From: an uncultured Chloroflexia bacterium
Lineage (GTDB): Bacteria > Chloroflexota > Chloroflexia > Thermomicrobiales > UBA6265
Assembly (NCBI GenBank): GCA_963724295.1
Contig: CAVRUC010000009.1
Span: forward strand, 1-64,000
Direction: 5' to 3'
DNA length: 64,000 nucleotides
Below the pieces are notes generated by a model, which made no database searches, was not told the origin of the DNA, and saw nothing but the letters and a program-made list of their open reading frames with translations. Within the stretch, counting starts at the first letter, position 1; each line of letters opens with the position of its first letter. A program made the translations under genes and the position numbers. Of this stretch, positions 1 through 10,308 are shown one piece after another.

Positions 1-1
1 C

Positions 2-61
2 CTTAACGGCAAGATCATCCGAAGCTATGTGCTTAAAAGCACCCTCGGACGCCGAGAGTAA
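2..61 (+). CDS. 3' end of a gene entering from the left edge (partial, product unknown)
   Basis: Frame 2 reads LNGKIIRSYVLKSTLGRRE* with TAA at 59-61; too short to assign a family. Confidence 0.35.
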   Translation, partial: LNGKIIRSYVLKSTLGRRE

Positions 62-352
62 CTCTGCCTGCGATGTGGCGTGCAACCCTGAGGAACGTGC
101 ATCCACCTGTCGCAGAGTCATTCAGCCCTCGGTGCCGCGCCTTTGCGTCGTTGCGGCCCAGGGTGGGGTAGGCAGTTGGCAGGAGAACTCCTTGGGGAGA
201 TAGCGCATCTGAGGAGTTGCTTGCGGAGGACGCGTCAGGCACTGCTCCCGCTCTTGTGTCCAGCGTGATCGCGTCGGTGACAAGAGGATCCAAGGAGTAC
301 ACGCTCGGTCATCAATGGATGATCGGGGGCAGAGACGAAAGGAGACGGTGAC

Positions 353-1144
353 ATGATCAAGCTCCAGAATTCCGGATGGACGCGGAGAATCTACGGCGTG
401 CGATCCATGGGAACGGCCCTAGTGCTGGTCTGGCTCCTAGCGGTGGGAGTAATTGGAAACGCCGGTGTGGCCAGCGGGCAGGACTTGGCCACGCCGGAGG
501 CAGCGACGGCGGCCGGTGTGCCGACCGTGAGCGTCAGTGGGCACGGTCAGGTGAACGTCCCACCCGACACGGCCTCCGTCTCCATTGGCATTGATGTGAT
601 CCAACCAACCCTTGGTGAGGCCCAGGAGCAGGCGACGGCCCAGGCAACCGCGTTGATCGAGGCGATGAAAGCGACCGGGATCGCAGACGAGGACATTCAG
701 ACCGCGTATTTCAGCGTGAATATTCTGCGCGACTACTCGGAGAATGCCGACCCGACCCAGATCACCGGCTTCGAGATCGTGAACCAGCTGCAGGTCACCG
801 TCCGGGACACGGACATGCTGGGTGAGTTGCTCGACGCGGCGGTCAAAGTCGGCGCAAACAGCATCAATGGCGTCAGCTTCTACGTGGATGACCAGACCGC
901 GGCAGCGAGTGAGGCCCGGCGTCTGGCGGTCGAGGACGCTCGCACGAAAGCCGAGGAGCTGGCCGTAGCCGCGGGTCTGACGCTCGGGCCCGTCGTCTCT
1001 ATCACCGAGGGCACCCTTTCGCCGATGCCGCCGGTGTACGCCTCAACTGGCGTCGAGTCGGCGATGCCCGAAGCGGCTGTGCCAGTGCAGCCTGGATCCT
1101 CGACTATCTCGGTTGACGTGTCGATGATCTTCGAGTTGCGGTGA
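353..1144 (+). CDS. SIMPL (DUF541) domain secreted protein
   Basis: N-terminal hydrophobic signal; motifs VSVSGHGQVNVPPDTA, GANSINGVSF, ARRLAVEDARTKAEELA, VQPG...VSMIFEL; SD aaggag upstream. Confidence 0.9.
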   Translation: MIKLQNSGWTRRIYGVRSMGTALVLVWLLAVGVIGNAGVASGQDLATPEAATAAGVPTVSVSGHGQVNVPPDTASVSIGIDVIQPTLGEAQEQATAQATALIEAMKATGIADEDIQTAYFSVNILRDYSENADPTQITGFEIVNQLQVTVRDTDMLGELLDAAVKVGANSINGVSFYVDDQTAAASEARRLAVEDARTKAEELAVAAGLTLGPVVSITEGTLSPMPPVYASTGVESAMPEAAVPVQPGSSTISVDVSMIFELR

Positions 1145-1488
1145 GGGTGGGGTCCATAGGTGGGGACTCCCGCCCCAGATCTGTTGGCGTTCAGGCCCGT
1201 CGAGAGGCCAATGCGCCTCTGTCCGAGCGCTGCTCTTGGATGCCGTTGGCCCTGACGGGCGAGTCAGGGTGCCCGTGCCGCCACCAGAAACACTGCATCC
1301 GATGCGGGTTTGTGGCATTCGCCATGTGGGTCGTGGGTCCGCTCAGCACGGGAGGAGTGCGTGTGGGGTCTGCCTGACAATCGTCACGAAGGTTCTCCAC
1401 CTCGGGCTTTGACGGGTCGATCGTCCGCTCAAGCTGTGGTCAGTTCAGAGTACCAAGGTCAAGTGTTGAAGAAACACGCCTGCCGGCT

Positions 1489-1830
1489 TCAGCCGTCCGG
1501 GTCGAGGTGGGTATCGAGGAAGGGCAAGATTCTTGGCCCGGCCACGTCCCAGACCGCCACGGTGAAGTGGTCGCGCCCGGGCACCTCGTCGTAGGCAACC
1601 TCGACGCATGCAGCATGTAGGGCGTCGACCATCGCCCGCAGGTGGCTCAGGAGGTTCCTGTCGTCGTTGACGCCGTGGATGATCAGAAACAGGGCGCTTT
1701 CTTTGTCAACCCAGGTCAGCGGTGAGGCGTCACGGTAGCGATCGGGAAACTCAGTCGCGGTGCCACCCAGGAGACGGACCAAGCTCTGCTGGTCATTCAG
1801 GTTCGGGTCCGAGATCGTCAGATCGAAGTG
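1489..1830 (-). pseudogene. C-terminal remnant of an alpha/beta hydrolase (paralog of 3627-4434)
   Basis: LLGGT..PDRYRDASPLTWVD..FLIIHG.ND...DH aligns with the C-terminal half of the hydrolase at 3627-4434; no HGG or GxSxG half and no room for it before comM. Confidence 0.65.
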
Positions 1831-1884
1831 TCTAGCCAGCGCCCGGAGACGCTCGCGTTTCTGGAGCGCCACCTGTATACAGGC

Positions 1885-3408
1885 CTACCCCTCCGCCACC
1901 CGCGGCCGGTATTGCAGCGCCTCGGCAACGTGCGCGGTAGTGATGCACTCCTCGGCGGCGAGGTCGGCGATGGTGCGCGCCAGCTTCAACACCCGGTGGT
2001 AGGCGCGGGCGGAAAGACCCATCTGGCGCACGGCCGATCCCAGCAGCGCTTCGGCGGTGTCGTCGAGCGCGGCGTGCTGGCCTAACTCTTTGGGACCCAT
2101 GTCGGCATTGGTCAGCAGCGCGGTCCCGGCGAACCGCGTCGACTGGATCTCGCGCGCGCGTTGCACGCGCTGCTGGATGGCCGCCGAGAGCTCCCCCGGA
2201 CGGCGATCCGATAGCTGCTCGTGGGGGATGCGTGGCACGTCCAGATGGATGTCGATGCGGTCCAGCAGCGGCCCGCTGATCCGCTTCTGATAGCGGCCGA
2301 TAGCTCCCGGAGCGCAGGAGCAGGCCCGCCGCGGATCGCCAAAGTACCCACACGGACATGGGTTCATCGCCGCGATGAGGGTGAAGTTGGCCGGGAAGGT
2401 GAGGGTGCCGGCGGCGCGGGCCAGCGTCACGGTGCGGTCCTCCAGCGGCTGGCGCAACCCCTCCAGCTTGGTGGCGCCGAACTCCGGCATCTCGTCGAGG
2501 AAGAGCACCCCGCGGTGGGCCAGGCTGATCTCACCGGGCCGCGGCCACGACCCGCCGCCGACGAGCCCGACATAACTGGTGGTGTGATGCGGGGCCCGGA
2601 AGGGGCGCTCCCGCAGCAGCGGCGTCTCCGGCGGCAGCAGCCCGCGCACGCTGTAGATCTTGGTCACTTCCAACGATTCGGCCACCGTCATCGGCGGCAG
2701 GATTGAGGGGAGGGCTCGGGCCAGCATTGTCTTGCCCGAGCCGGGTGGGCCGCTGAGCAGCGCGTTATGCGCGCCGGAGGCGGCGATCTCCAGGCCGCGC
2801 TTGACGTGCTCCTGACCTTTCACCTCAGAGAAATCGACGCCCATGTAGAGCGACTCGGGAGGCGTGGAGTCGGCGGTATGAGGCGCGATCGGCGACTCGC
2901 CGCTGAGGTGGTTCACCAGGTCCGCCAGCGTCTGCACCGGGATGATCTCGACGTCGCCGACCAATGCCGCCTCGCCGGCGTCGATGGCCGGCACAAAGGC
3001 GCGGCGCATCCCGTTGGCCGCGGCGGTGGAGATCATGGCGATGATGCCGGGCGTGTGGCGCACCACACCGTTGAGCGAGAGCTCGCCGGCCACCAGTGCA
3101 TCCTCGAGTTGCGGCGAGGGGACGACTTGATTGCTGGCGAGGAGGACGCCGAGGGCGATCGGCAAGTCGTAGGTGGGTCCCGCCTTCTTCAGGTCAGCAG
3201 GCGCCAGATTGACCGTGACCCGCCCCACCGGGAAGCGACCGCCGGAGTTGCGAATGGCGGCGCGGACGCGATCCTGGCTCTCGCGGACCGCCGCATCGGG
3301 CAGCCCGACCACCACCGTCCCCGGCACGCCCTGGCCGACGTCGACTTCGACCTCGACCAGCACGCCATCGAGACCGACGACCGCGCACGAGAAAACCTTT
3401 GCCAGCAC
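1885..3408 (-). CDS. comM: YifB/ComM family Mg-chelatase-like AAA+ ATPase
   Basis: VGLPDAAVRES, VNLAPADLKK..YDLPIA, Walker A GPPGSGKT, RPFRAPHHT, PGEISLAHRGVLFLDE, NPCPCG, ISGPLLDRID, ARTIADL; start set at GTG 3408. Confidence 0.93.
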   Translation of the reverse strand: MLAKVFSCAVVGLDGVLVEVEVDVGQGVPGTVVVGLPDAAVRESQDRVRAAIRNSGGRFPVGRVTVNLAPADLKKAGPTYDLPIALGVLLASNQVVPSPQLEDALVAGELSLNGVVRHTPGIIAMISTAAANGMRRAFVPAIDAGEAALVGDVEIIPVQTLADLVNHLSGESPIAPHTADSTPPESLYMGVDFSEVKGQEHVKRGLEIAASGAHNALLSGPPGSGKTMLARALPSILPPMTVAESLEVTKIYSVRGLLPPETPLLRERPFRAPHHTTSYVGLVGGGSWPRPGEISLAHRGVLFLDEMPEFGATKLEGLRQPLEDRTVTLARAAGTLTFPANFTLIAAMNPCPCGYFGDPRRACSCAPGAIGRYQKRISGPLLDRIDIHLDVPRIPHEQLSDRRPGELSAAIQQRVQRAREIQSTRFAGTALLTNADMGPKELGQHAALDDTAEALLGSAVRQMGLSARAYHRVLKLARTIADLAAEECITTAHVAEALQYRPRVAEG

Positions 3409-3626
3409 GTCGCCCCCGAGATAAATACGACTTGCCGCGGAACGCTGAGGGGATGATTGTCGCATAGCCCGCGGCGCTGTCCGGTTCGCTTCAACTGGCA
3501 GGACCGACATGAGCGGGCTGATGGGTTCGGCGTCTTTGCTCGATACTCGCCATACCCACGTCGGTACAAGCAGGGTGTAACGTTAGGTCGATGTAACCGA
3601 AGCCCTTCCCTAGGAGAGCAAGCATC

Positions 3627-4434
3627 TTGGCGGACCAGGACCATATCAAAGTGGAGCGCGGCGTGGTCTACGGCTCCATCGCCGGCGAATCGCTGCTACT
3701 CGACGTTTACCAGTCGATCCCGCATGCGGACCCGCGGCCAGCCGTGGTCCTCGTCCACGGCGGTGGGATGTGGACCGGCAGCCGCGGCGCATATGGAGCA
3801 CCCGGCACGGCAGCTCGCCCAGGCTGGCTACGCCGCCTTCAGCGTCGACTACCGCCTCGTCGATGCCGCCACCGGCCGTCATCGCTGGCCGGCCCAGCTC
3901 GACGACGTTCAGCGCGCCGTGCGCTGGGTGCGGGACCACGCCGCCGGCTATGGGGTCGACCCGGAGCACGTCGGTGCATTTGGCTGGTCTGCCGGTGGCC
4001 AGCTGGCGGCCCTGCTCGGGACGCGCGACACCCGCGATGTCACCGCCCCCTTGGCGAGCCAGTCCAGCCGCGTCACCTGTGTCGTCGACCTGGCAGGTGA
4101 CGTCGATCTGGCGGCCTACACCCGCCCACCCGCCCTGCACGAGGTCGTTGCCCTGCTGGGCGGTACCGTCCAGGAGGTGCCCGATCGGTACCGCGATGCC
4201 TCGCCGCTGACCTGGATCGATCGGCGCACGGCTCCGTTTCTGGTCATCCACGGCGATCGGGACGACGTGGTGCCGATCGAGCAGTCGCGCCGCCTGGTCG
4301 CTGCCCTGAGCGCGGCCGCGGTCAGCGTGGAGTACGTGGAGCTGGGTGACGCCGGCCACGACGATTTGACCTGGGACCGGGTCGGTCCGGAGGTCCTCAC
4401 CTTCCTCGATCGCCATCTCCGCTTCGGGGTCTGA
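3627..4434 (+). CDS. Alpha/beta hydrolase (BD-FAE/esterase-like), one frameshift near 3785
   Basis: LLDVY..RPAVVLVHGGG in one frame; SVDYRL, GWSAGG nucleophile, HGDRDDVVP and GH in the next. Confidence 0.85.
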
Positions 4435-4450
4435 AAGGACGGTCGGGGAC

Positions 4451-4930
4451 TCAGGTGCCTACGATGGCGGCTCCGTCAGTCTCGGCCACCGGCCAGTGAT
4501 CGGGCACCCGTAGGGCCTCCTGCTCGCCGGGCCAGGGAGGCATCGTGCACATCACGAAGCGCAACGGTTCGGACCCGGAGGCCCGGAACTGGAAATGGAC
4601 GCCGGTCGGGATGGTCAGCGCGGTGCCCGCTTCCACGTCGACGACCGTCTCGTGGTCACCCTGCTTGCGCCAGACCTGCCCTCGGCCCGCGGTGACATAC
4701 CAGACCTCTTCGACGGTACGGTGGGCGATGGCCAGCGACACCCGGCCCGGCGGCAGCGTGCCGTGGGCCAGACTGCCGCGGTTCGTGGCAACCAGGAGGC
4801 GAATCTCGGAGGTATCCGGCGCGAGCACGTCGTACGCCTCGCCCAGCTGCCTGGTGGTGAATGTCGCCGCGGGACCTCCCGGCTCTTCATTCATCTCGCG
4901 CTCTCTACGACCAACGTCAGTCCCCGTCAC
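4451..4930 (-). CDS. Cupin domain protein
   Basis: AHRTVEEVWYVTAGRG and IPTGVHFQFR cupin motifs 1 and 2; ends TMPPWPG. Confidence 0.85.
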   Translation of the reverse strand: MTGTDVGRREREMNEEPGGPAATFTTRQLGEAYDVLAPDTSEIRLLVATNRGSLAHGTLPPGRVSLAIAHRTVEEVWYVTAGRGQVWRKQGDHETVVDVEAGTALTIPTGVHFQFRASGSEPLRFVMCTMPPWPGEQEALRVPDHWPVAETDGAAIVGT

Positions 4931-4970
4931 GCCCGATCACGACGGGATCGCTCCGGCAGGAGGCAAGTGA

Positions 4971-5348
4971 TCACAGAGTAATCACCTGATCCGGCATGTT
5001 GCCGGCCAGCGCCGTGTAGAGGTCCGGGAAACAGCCCACCTGGACCCCGTCGACGGTTCCGACAGGCTTCACGGGACTGGGGAACGTTCCCGGCTCGCCC
5101 TCGGCCAGACCTCGCTCGACAGCGCACTGATCGCACATCATCAGCAGGATGCCCTGGTCGGCGGCGACGCGTGCCAACCGCTCACCGATCGGGTCGCCCT
5201 TACGCAGGATGTAGTTGTTGTCATCGAAAAAGAAGAGCCCGACCACCTCGACCCCATGCGTCCCCTGCTCGAGCTGCGGCAGGATCATCTTGCCCAGCTT
5301 GTACGAGGCGGTGTGCCCGGATGTGCTGAAAACATAGGCGACCTTCAC
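4971..5348 (-). CDS. DsrE-related (SaoD-like) protein
   Basis: VKVAYVFSTSGH...FFFDDN...CDQCA...GCFPDLY fits the DsrE/SaoD family; SD ggagg before GTG 5348. Confidence 0.75.
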   Translation of the reverse strand: MKVAYVFSTSGHTASYKLGKMILPQLEQGTHGVEVVGLFFFDDNNYILRKGDPIGERLARVAADQGILLMMCDQCAVERGLAEGEPGTFPSPVKPVGTVDGVQVGCFPDLYTALAGNMPDQVITL

Positions 5349-5571
5349 GACGGGCGACCTCCTGCCGGCATTTCGCCGGTACGCCAGTTCACACGATCGA
5401 TCTCGTGCTGGAAGGATAGCGACCCCGAGCCGAAGTGCGGGATCCGTGGCTATCCGCCTTTCTGGCGCCGTCCTGTTGCCAGATGCCCTCGCTGACTCCG
5501 CCAATGGATCGTGACGGTATCGGCCCCGTGCAACTCACCATGCCCGGCGTTCAAGTGAGGGTACGATTGAA

Positions 5572-5731
5572 CCCCTGATGGAGCCGTCCACGGGGCAAGC
5601 GGATCGGTCAGCCGTTGCTGAGCGAACGTCACAGGGATGTGACGCTCGAGTACGGGGAATGCGGAGCGCGGCGATGGACCTTTTGCTCCCAACGCACTCG
5701 TTGCGACGCTGATGGGCGGCACGCCGAAGGG
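5572..5731 (+). ncRNA. Candidate rod-shaped structured RNA (6S RNA-like)
   Basis: Nested pairings 5583-5590/5713-5720, 5592-5599/5682-5689, 5611-5619/5665-5672 and 5627-5633/5638-5644 closed by a GGGA tetraloop; TACGAT -10-like box at 5562-5567. Confidence 0.4.
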
Positions 5732-5764
5732 CCGAACTCAACTCCTTGTGAAACTGCCCGACAT

Positions 5765-7379
5765 TTGAACGTTCAAGAACGACTCCGCCTGGCGATCGAC
5801 CAGCAACAGAGCCGTCTCCGTCAGGGGGTTCCGCCTGATCGCCAGGCGGCCATCCTCGCGCTGATCCGCGCCCAGGAGCTGCTGCCAGACGCGCCCGGGA
5901 TCGAAGTGGAGCCCGATCTCGTCACCGGTCGCCGTCTCGCCAACTTGGGTGGGACCAAAGCGCTTCAACTATGCCTGGAATCCTCCGGCGATAACGCCTC
6001 GGCGGCGCCAGTGTCATCCGATGATGGGCTGAACGGCTGGGCAGCGCGCTTTGGTCAGGAGTGCGACTGGCTGGCCGAAGCCGAGCTCGTCCTGGCGCAC
6101 TGCGAGACCGGCTTCATGCGCATGGTCGATGACGGCAGCGGGGTGTTTCACGCCTGGATCGCGACGAAGCGGCCACCCACGAGTTGGCGCGAGCGCGCGG
6201 ATATTGACTGGTGGGCGTCGTGGCTTGCCAGGCGTCACGAGCCCGAGCTGCGCGCCCAACAGTCTGAACGGCACCGCCCTGGGAAGCGGCAACGACGACG
6301 ATGCGTTATATCGCCGCATAGCGGACATCCATCTGACGATGATGTCGTATCAACTCGGCTATCCGCCCAACACCGCGATCGGCGGCTGCACCGTCCAGAT
6401 CTATCGCGATGTCCTGGGTCAGCTCATCGCCTGGGCGCTCCAGGCACGCGACCGCGGGGAAGTGCTGCAACCGCAATCCGAGCACTCATTAGTCGCCGCG
6501 CTCGCTGCAGCCCTCGCTCTCGATCCCGCTGTCATCGCTCAGGCTGTCGCCGCCTTTACGCTCGACCGGGAGAACGCGTCCTATCATGCCGCCGTGCCGG
6601 GTGTCGCGAGCGCTCCCCTCGTTCGGGTCGACTCGAGCCGGCTCGTCTGGTCGGTCTGCGGCCTGATGACCGAGCCATTCCTCTTCTTGACCCGCGAGCT
6701 CAAACGACGCACCGCACAGGAGTATCACAACAGCGCCTATCTCCGTGAGGCTGTGTTCCGACACGATCTCTATGCGCTCTTCCAGGACAAACGGTTCGTG
6801 ACCAGCGCCGGCCGGATCGAGCTCCGAAGAGACGGTGGCGATGTTCGCACCGACATCGACGCCGTCGTTTTCGATCGCAAGACGGGCACGCTTGGCTTCT
6901 TCGAGTTGAAGTCGCAGGACCCCTTCGCCCGGTCGACCGCCGAGCTGGCGCGTCAGCGTGACAATGTCCTCTACGCCAACCGTCAGATCTCCGGCGCGCT
7001 CGCCTGGCTAAGCCGGCATGGCGCCGACACGCTCCTCGGTCGTGTCGACGCCCGAACCGCCAGGACATTTCGCGTGCACAAGGTCTATCCCTTCGTTCTC
7101 GGTCGCTACCTGGCTCACTTCAGCGATGGCCCGGAGCCGGACCGTCGCGCCGCCTGGGGCACCTGGCCGCAGGTCCTGCGCCTGCTCGATGGGCAGCCGC
7201 TGCGTGCCACCGATGCCAATCCCATCGCCTCTCTCTTCACGCGTCTGACGAAAGACGAGCCCCTCGTTCGCCCACCCGCCGACGGCACCGCACACGAGAT
7301 CGCCATCGGCGACGCCAACCTCACCGTCTATCCATCCTACGCCGCCTTCCAGGCGAGCGCGGCTGTTAGTCGCGGCTAG
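5765..7379 (+). CDS. Hypothetical protein with C-terminal PD-(D/E)XK (NERD-like) nuclease motif; frameshift near 6260-6280
   Basis: Two overlapping protein-like ORFs (5615-6748 N-part, 6051-7379 C-part); RTDIDAVVFD...FFELKSQ. Confidence 0.6.
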
Positions 7380-7785
7380 CGAGCGGACCGGGTCTGTCCC
7401 AACCGGTAAAGTCGCCGTCAGTTGCCTCCGCCATCACCACCACGGCGAATGTCAGCACCCGGCAACCTTCCTCGAGGTGGCCACCCATGGCCAGCTCCGT
7501 GTTGCTGAAGCTGATGTGCGCGTGCACCTCGCCGTTCACTACGAGTCCGGTGACGGTGAGAATGTCGAATGGACCGTCGCCCCGGACGAATGTGTTCCCT
7601 GGCGGCATGTTCGTCGTCTTCACGACGTGAAAGTGGTAGCGGTCGAGCGAACCGACGCCGCAAAGAATCGCCGCGTTCCGGATCCCCTCCTCCGCCACCG
7701 CGGCCCGCAACGCGAGGAGCACGTCCTCCCCGGGATCGAGACGCAACGCGACGTATCGCGATGCGCCGAACGATTGCGTACGCAC
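7366..7785 (-). CDS. PPC domain (DUF296) protein
   Basis: LRLDPGEDVL, GVGSL, FDILTVTG, HAHIS, GGHL motifs. Confidence 0.9.
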   Translation of the reverse strand: MRTQSFGASRYVALRLDPGEDVLLALRAAVAEEGIRNAAILCGVGSLDRYHFHVVKTTNMPPGNTFVRGDGPFDILTVTGLVVNGEVHAHISFSNTELAMGGHLEEGCRVLTFAVVVMAEATDGDFTGWDRPGPLASRD

Positions 7786-7821
7786 AGGCCCGTTCCCGCA
7801 ATCCGCTTGTCTGAACGCGGG

Positions 7822-8334
7822 CTAGGCCGTCTGCTGGAGCCAGCGGCGGATATCCGGTTCGTGCTCCTCGTGCAGGTGGGAGAAAAACTCGCCGTTGACG
7901 ATCTCCGACCCAAGCGCGTTGCCTTCGAGCCAGGGGAAGAAGTCAGGGTCATTGATCGCCTCGTCCGGGAGCATCTGCACGATCTCCGCCAGGCGCGCGT
8001 ACGACTCACGCGATTCGCCAATGACCTCACCCAGCAGGCGGTCCTTGTTCACCTCGTGGATCCAGTCGTTGATCTCGTCATCGCTCTCTCGGTTTGCCGG
8101 CCAGACCGGGTCAGGCTCGGGCTGTCCGTTGGCGGCGGCCTCCAGCCGTTGCAACGAGCGTGCGCGCCAACCGGTGATATGCGCGGTGAGATCCTTGAAT
8201 GTCCAATCTCCCATCACGCCCGGTTGCAACATGCGCGCTTCACCCACCTCGATCAGCAGCGTTTCCCACGCGTCTCGCTCGCGATCGATCGCCGCCAGCA
8301 CCTCGCCTTTCGTCGGCACCGTCTCTTCGCTCAT
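7822..8334 (-). CDS. DinB-like ClbS/DfsB family four-helix bundle protein
   Basis: WTFKDLTAHITGW and HLHEEH motifs. Confidence 0.8.
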   Translation of the reverse strand: MSEETVPTKGEVLAAIDRERDAWETLLIEVGEARMLQPGVMGDWTFKDLTAHITGWRARSLQRLEAAANGQPEPDPVWPANRESDDEINDWIHEVNKDRLLGEVIGESRESYARLAEIVQMLPDEAINDPDFFPWLEGNALGSEIVNGEFFSHLHEEHEPDIRRWLQQTA

Positions 8335-8403
8335 CCTTCTCTCCTTGACGTCCGGGTGTCGTGACGCCTCAGCGTAGCAACCACTGTGCCCGCCGGAGTC
8401 GGA

Positions 8404-8460
8404 GGTCGGAAGTCGGCATGTCGTGAAACCGTCCTTACCGACTAACCGACTAACCGACTT
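8404..8460. repeat. CCGACT(A/T/G)A 8-mer tandem repeat with inverted copies
   Basis: ggtcggaagtcgg ... ttaccgactaaccgactaaccgact. Confidence 0.8.
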
Positions 8461-9262
8461 CGTCCTCTATCAGTGGCAGGCGGGCAAAGTTGACGAGCGC
8501 TGCCGCGACCTCGGCAGTGATGATCTCCAGCAGTCGCTGGCCCCACTCCGCGCTGGCCTGATCCGGGCTATCGGTGTAGCCATCGATGCTCGTCCAGAAG
8601 CCGTGACGCTCGGCACGAAACGGAGCAGGCGGCACGGTCGTCCGGTCCAGCTCCTCTGTCGTGCGGTGGGGCAATGGGCTGGCGACCAGGTCCGGATGCA
8701 GCGCCATGATCAGCGAGGTTTCGAAGACGCCGGCATGACCCGGCAGGCGCGCACCCAGATCGGGCGCCTGCTCCGCAAGCGATTCTCTGGCGAGCTCCCA
8801 GTACGAGGCGGCGGCGAGGTTGCACGCGTGCGACAAGGCAAGGTCTCTGACGACCAGCTCGATCAGCTCGTGGTTCCCGCCGTGTCCATTGACGATGAAG
8901 ATGCGACGGAAGCCACTCTCGATGAGGGACGCCACCATGTCGCGCAGGGCGCCGTAATACCGCTCGGTCGCCAGGGAGATGGTCCCGCCAAAGGGGAGGT
9001 GATGGTGAGACGAGCCGGTCTGGAATGTGGGAGCCACCAGCACGTCGATGTCTTGTCGCGCTTCTCGCGCGGCCGCGCGGGCCACGTGCTCCACGATCAG
9101 GAAATCGGTGCCAAGGGGAAGGTGCGGTCCGTGCTGTTCGGTCGCGCCAACGGGCAAGACCACCAGCGCGCCGGGGGCACGGCGGGCAGCTTCACCGCGA
9201 GTGATCTCGTGCAGGAGGAACCGGGGTCGATCGCCCGGTTCGCTCGCGTCACGATGCGTCAC
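8450..9262 (-). CDS. Creatininase family amidohydrolase
   Basis: LPVGATEQHGPHLPLGTD, VNGHGGN, GHAGVFETS. Confidence 0.92.
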   Translation of the reverse strand: MTHRDASEPGDRPRFLLHEITRGEAARRAPGALVVLPVGATEQHGPHLPLGTDFLIVEHVARAAAREARQDIDVLVAPTFQTGSSHHHLPFGGTISLATERYYGALRDMVASLIESGFRRIFIVNGHGGNHELIELVVRDLALSHACNLAAASYWELARESLAEQAPDLGARLPGHAGVFETSLIMALHPDLVASPLPHRTTEELDRTTVPPAPFRAERHGFWTSIDGYTDSPDQASAEWGQRLLEIITAEVAAALVNFARLPLIEDEVG

Positions 9263-9277
9263 GTCCCACCTCGACGA

Positions 9278-9360
9278 AGTCGGTAAGTTCGCAGTCGGTC
9301 AGTCGGTCAGTAACGACGATCTCCTTCCCGACTTACCGACTAACCGACTGACCGACTCCG
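9278..9360. repeat. CCGACT 8-mer tandem/inverted repeat
   Basis: agtcggtcagtcggtcag ... ccgacttaccgactaaccgactgaccgact. Confidence 0.85.
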
Positions 9361-9366
9361 CTAACT

Positions 9367-10308
9367 TCAGATTCCCAGCGACGCCAGGAACTCGCGGTTG
9401 CGGCGGGCGCTCTCTTTGGGAGTGCCCATACCGGGCAGGATGTCCTGCTCGACCACCGCCCAGCCGTCGTAGCCGTGCTCGTCCAGCCAGCGCACGACCC
9501 CGGCGAAGTCGACTCCACCCTTCCCGAGCTCGGAGAAGATGCCGGCTCGCAGAGCCTGGTAGTAGTCCCATCCCTCATTGCGTGAGCGCCGCGCCAGCTC
9601 GCGGTCGTTGTCCTTGAAATGGATGTACCAGATTCGGTCAGCCCAGCGGTCCAATGCCTCGACCACCGAGGGTCCCTCGTCGCCGGCGCCGAACAGGTAG
9701 TGCCCGGTGTCGAAGACGATTCCGAGGATCTCCGGGTCAGTCTCGTCGAGGAAGCGGTCGGTCTCGGCCGGTGTCTCCACCCAGCCAGCCGAGTGCGGGT
9801 GGAAGACCGAGCGCAACCCAGTCTCCTCTCGCACCGCGCGCGCGACCGATTCGGCGCGACCGGCGTAACCTGCCCACTCGTCGTCGGGAAGGGCCATCTC
9901 GGGAGTGATGCGTCCCGCGTGCAGGGTGCGCCCGGGGTCGGTCACATTGTCGTCGGCGACGACGATGAACGGTCCGGACCGGCGATCGCTCTGTGGAACG
10001 ACCGCGGCCAGCAGGCGGGCGACACGCAGCGCGTGCGCGATACCCGCGGCCAGTGCGTCAGGGTCGCGCAGCCGCACCGGGACGAACGCGCCGATCAACG
10101 CCAGCCCCCGCCGCTCGAGCTCATCGCGGAGCACCTCGGGATCGGTCGGCATGAAATCCCAGTCCCCGAGCTCGGTGCCGGCGTAGCCGGTTTCGGCAAT
10201 CTCGTCGAGCACCACGTCATAGGGGATCGGTTTCTGATCGAACCCCTCGATTTCGAGCGCCCCCCAGGAAACCGGTGCGTTGGCGACTCGAATTCGACTC
10301 GACGTCAC
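9367..10308 (-). CDS. iolE: Myo-inosose-2 dehydratase (IolE/MocC family TIM barrel)
   Basis: [44 protein letters not shown]. Confidence 0.8.
   Translation of the reverse strand: MTSSRIRVANAPVSWGALEIEGFDQKPIPYDVVLDEIAETGYAGTELGDWDFMPTDPEVLRDELERRGLALIGAFVPVRLRDPDALAAGIAHALRVARLLAAVVPQSDRRSGPFIVVADDNVTDPGRTLHAGRITPEMALPDDEWAGYAGRAESVARAVREETGLRSVFHPHSAGWVETPAETDRFLDETDPEILGIVFDTGHYLFGAGDEGPSVVEALDRWADRIWYIHFKDNDRELARRSRNEGWDYYQALRAGIFSELGKGGVDFAGVVRWLDEHGYDGWAVVEQDILPGMGTPKESARRNREFLASLGI

Noticed and set aside
1..70. Hairpin set (gtgc-ttaaaa-gcac, tccga/tcgga) suggesting a c-di-GMP riboswitch
   Set aside because: Consensus elements are missing, and the stretch reads as the C-terminus of an upstream ORF ending at 61
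5670..5720. GGCGATGG...GCTGATG resembling a fluoride riboswitch
   Set aside because: The P1 and pseudoknot pairings do not form; the region is better explained as part of the long rod structure
5940..5962. CAACTTGGGTGGGACC, T-box-like
   Set aside because: It lies inside a coding frame (ANLGGTK), has no stem I, and no amino-acid gene follows
8404..9360. Short repeats as a possible CRISPR array
   Set aside because: Units are 7-8 bp with no unique spacers, and no cas genes are present
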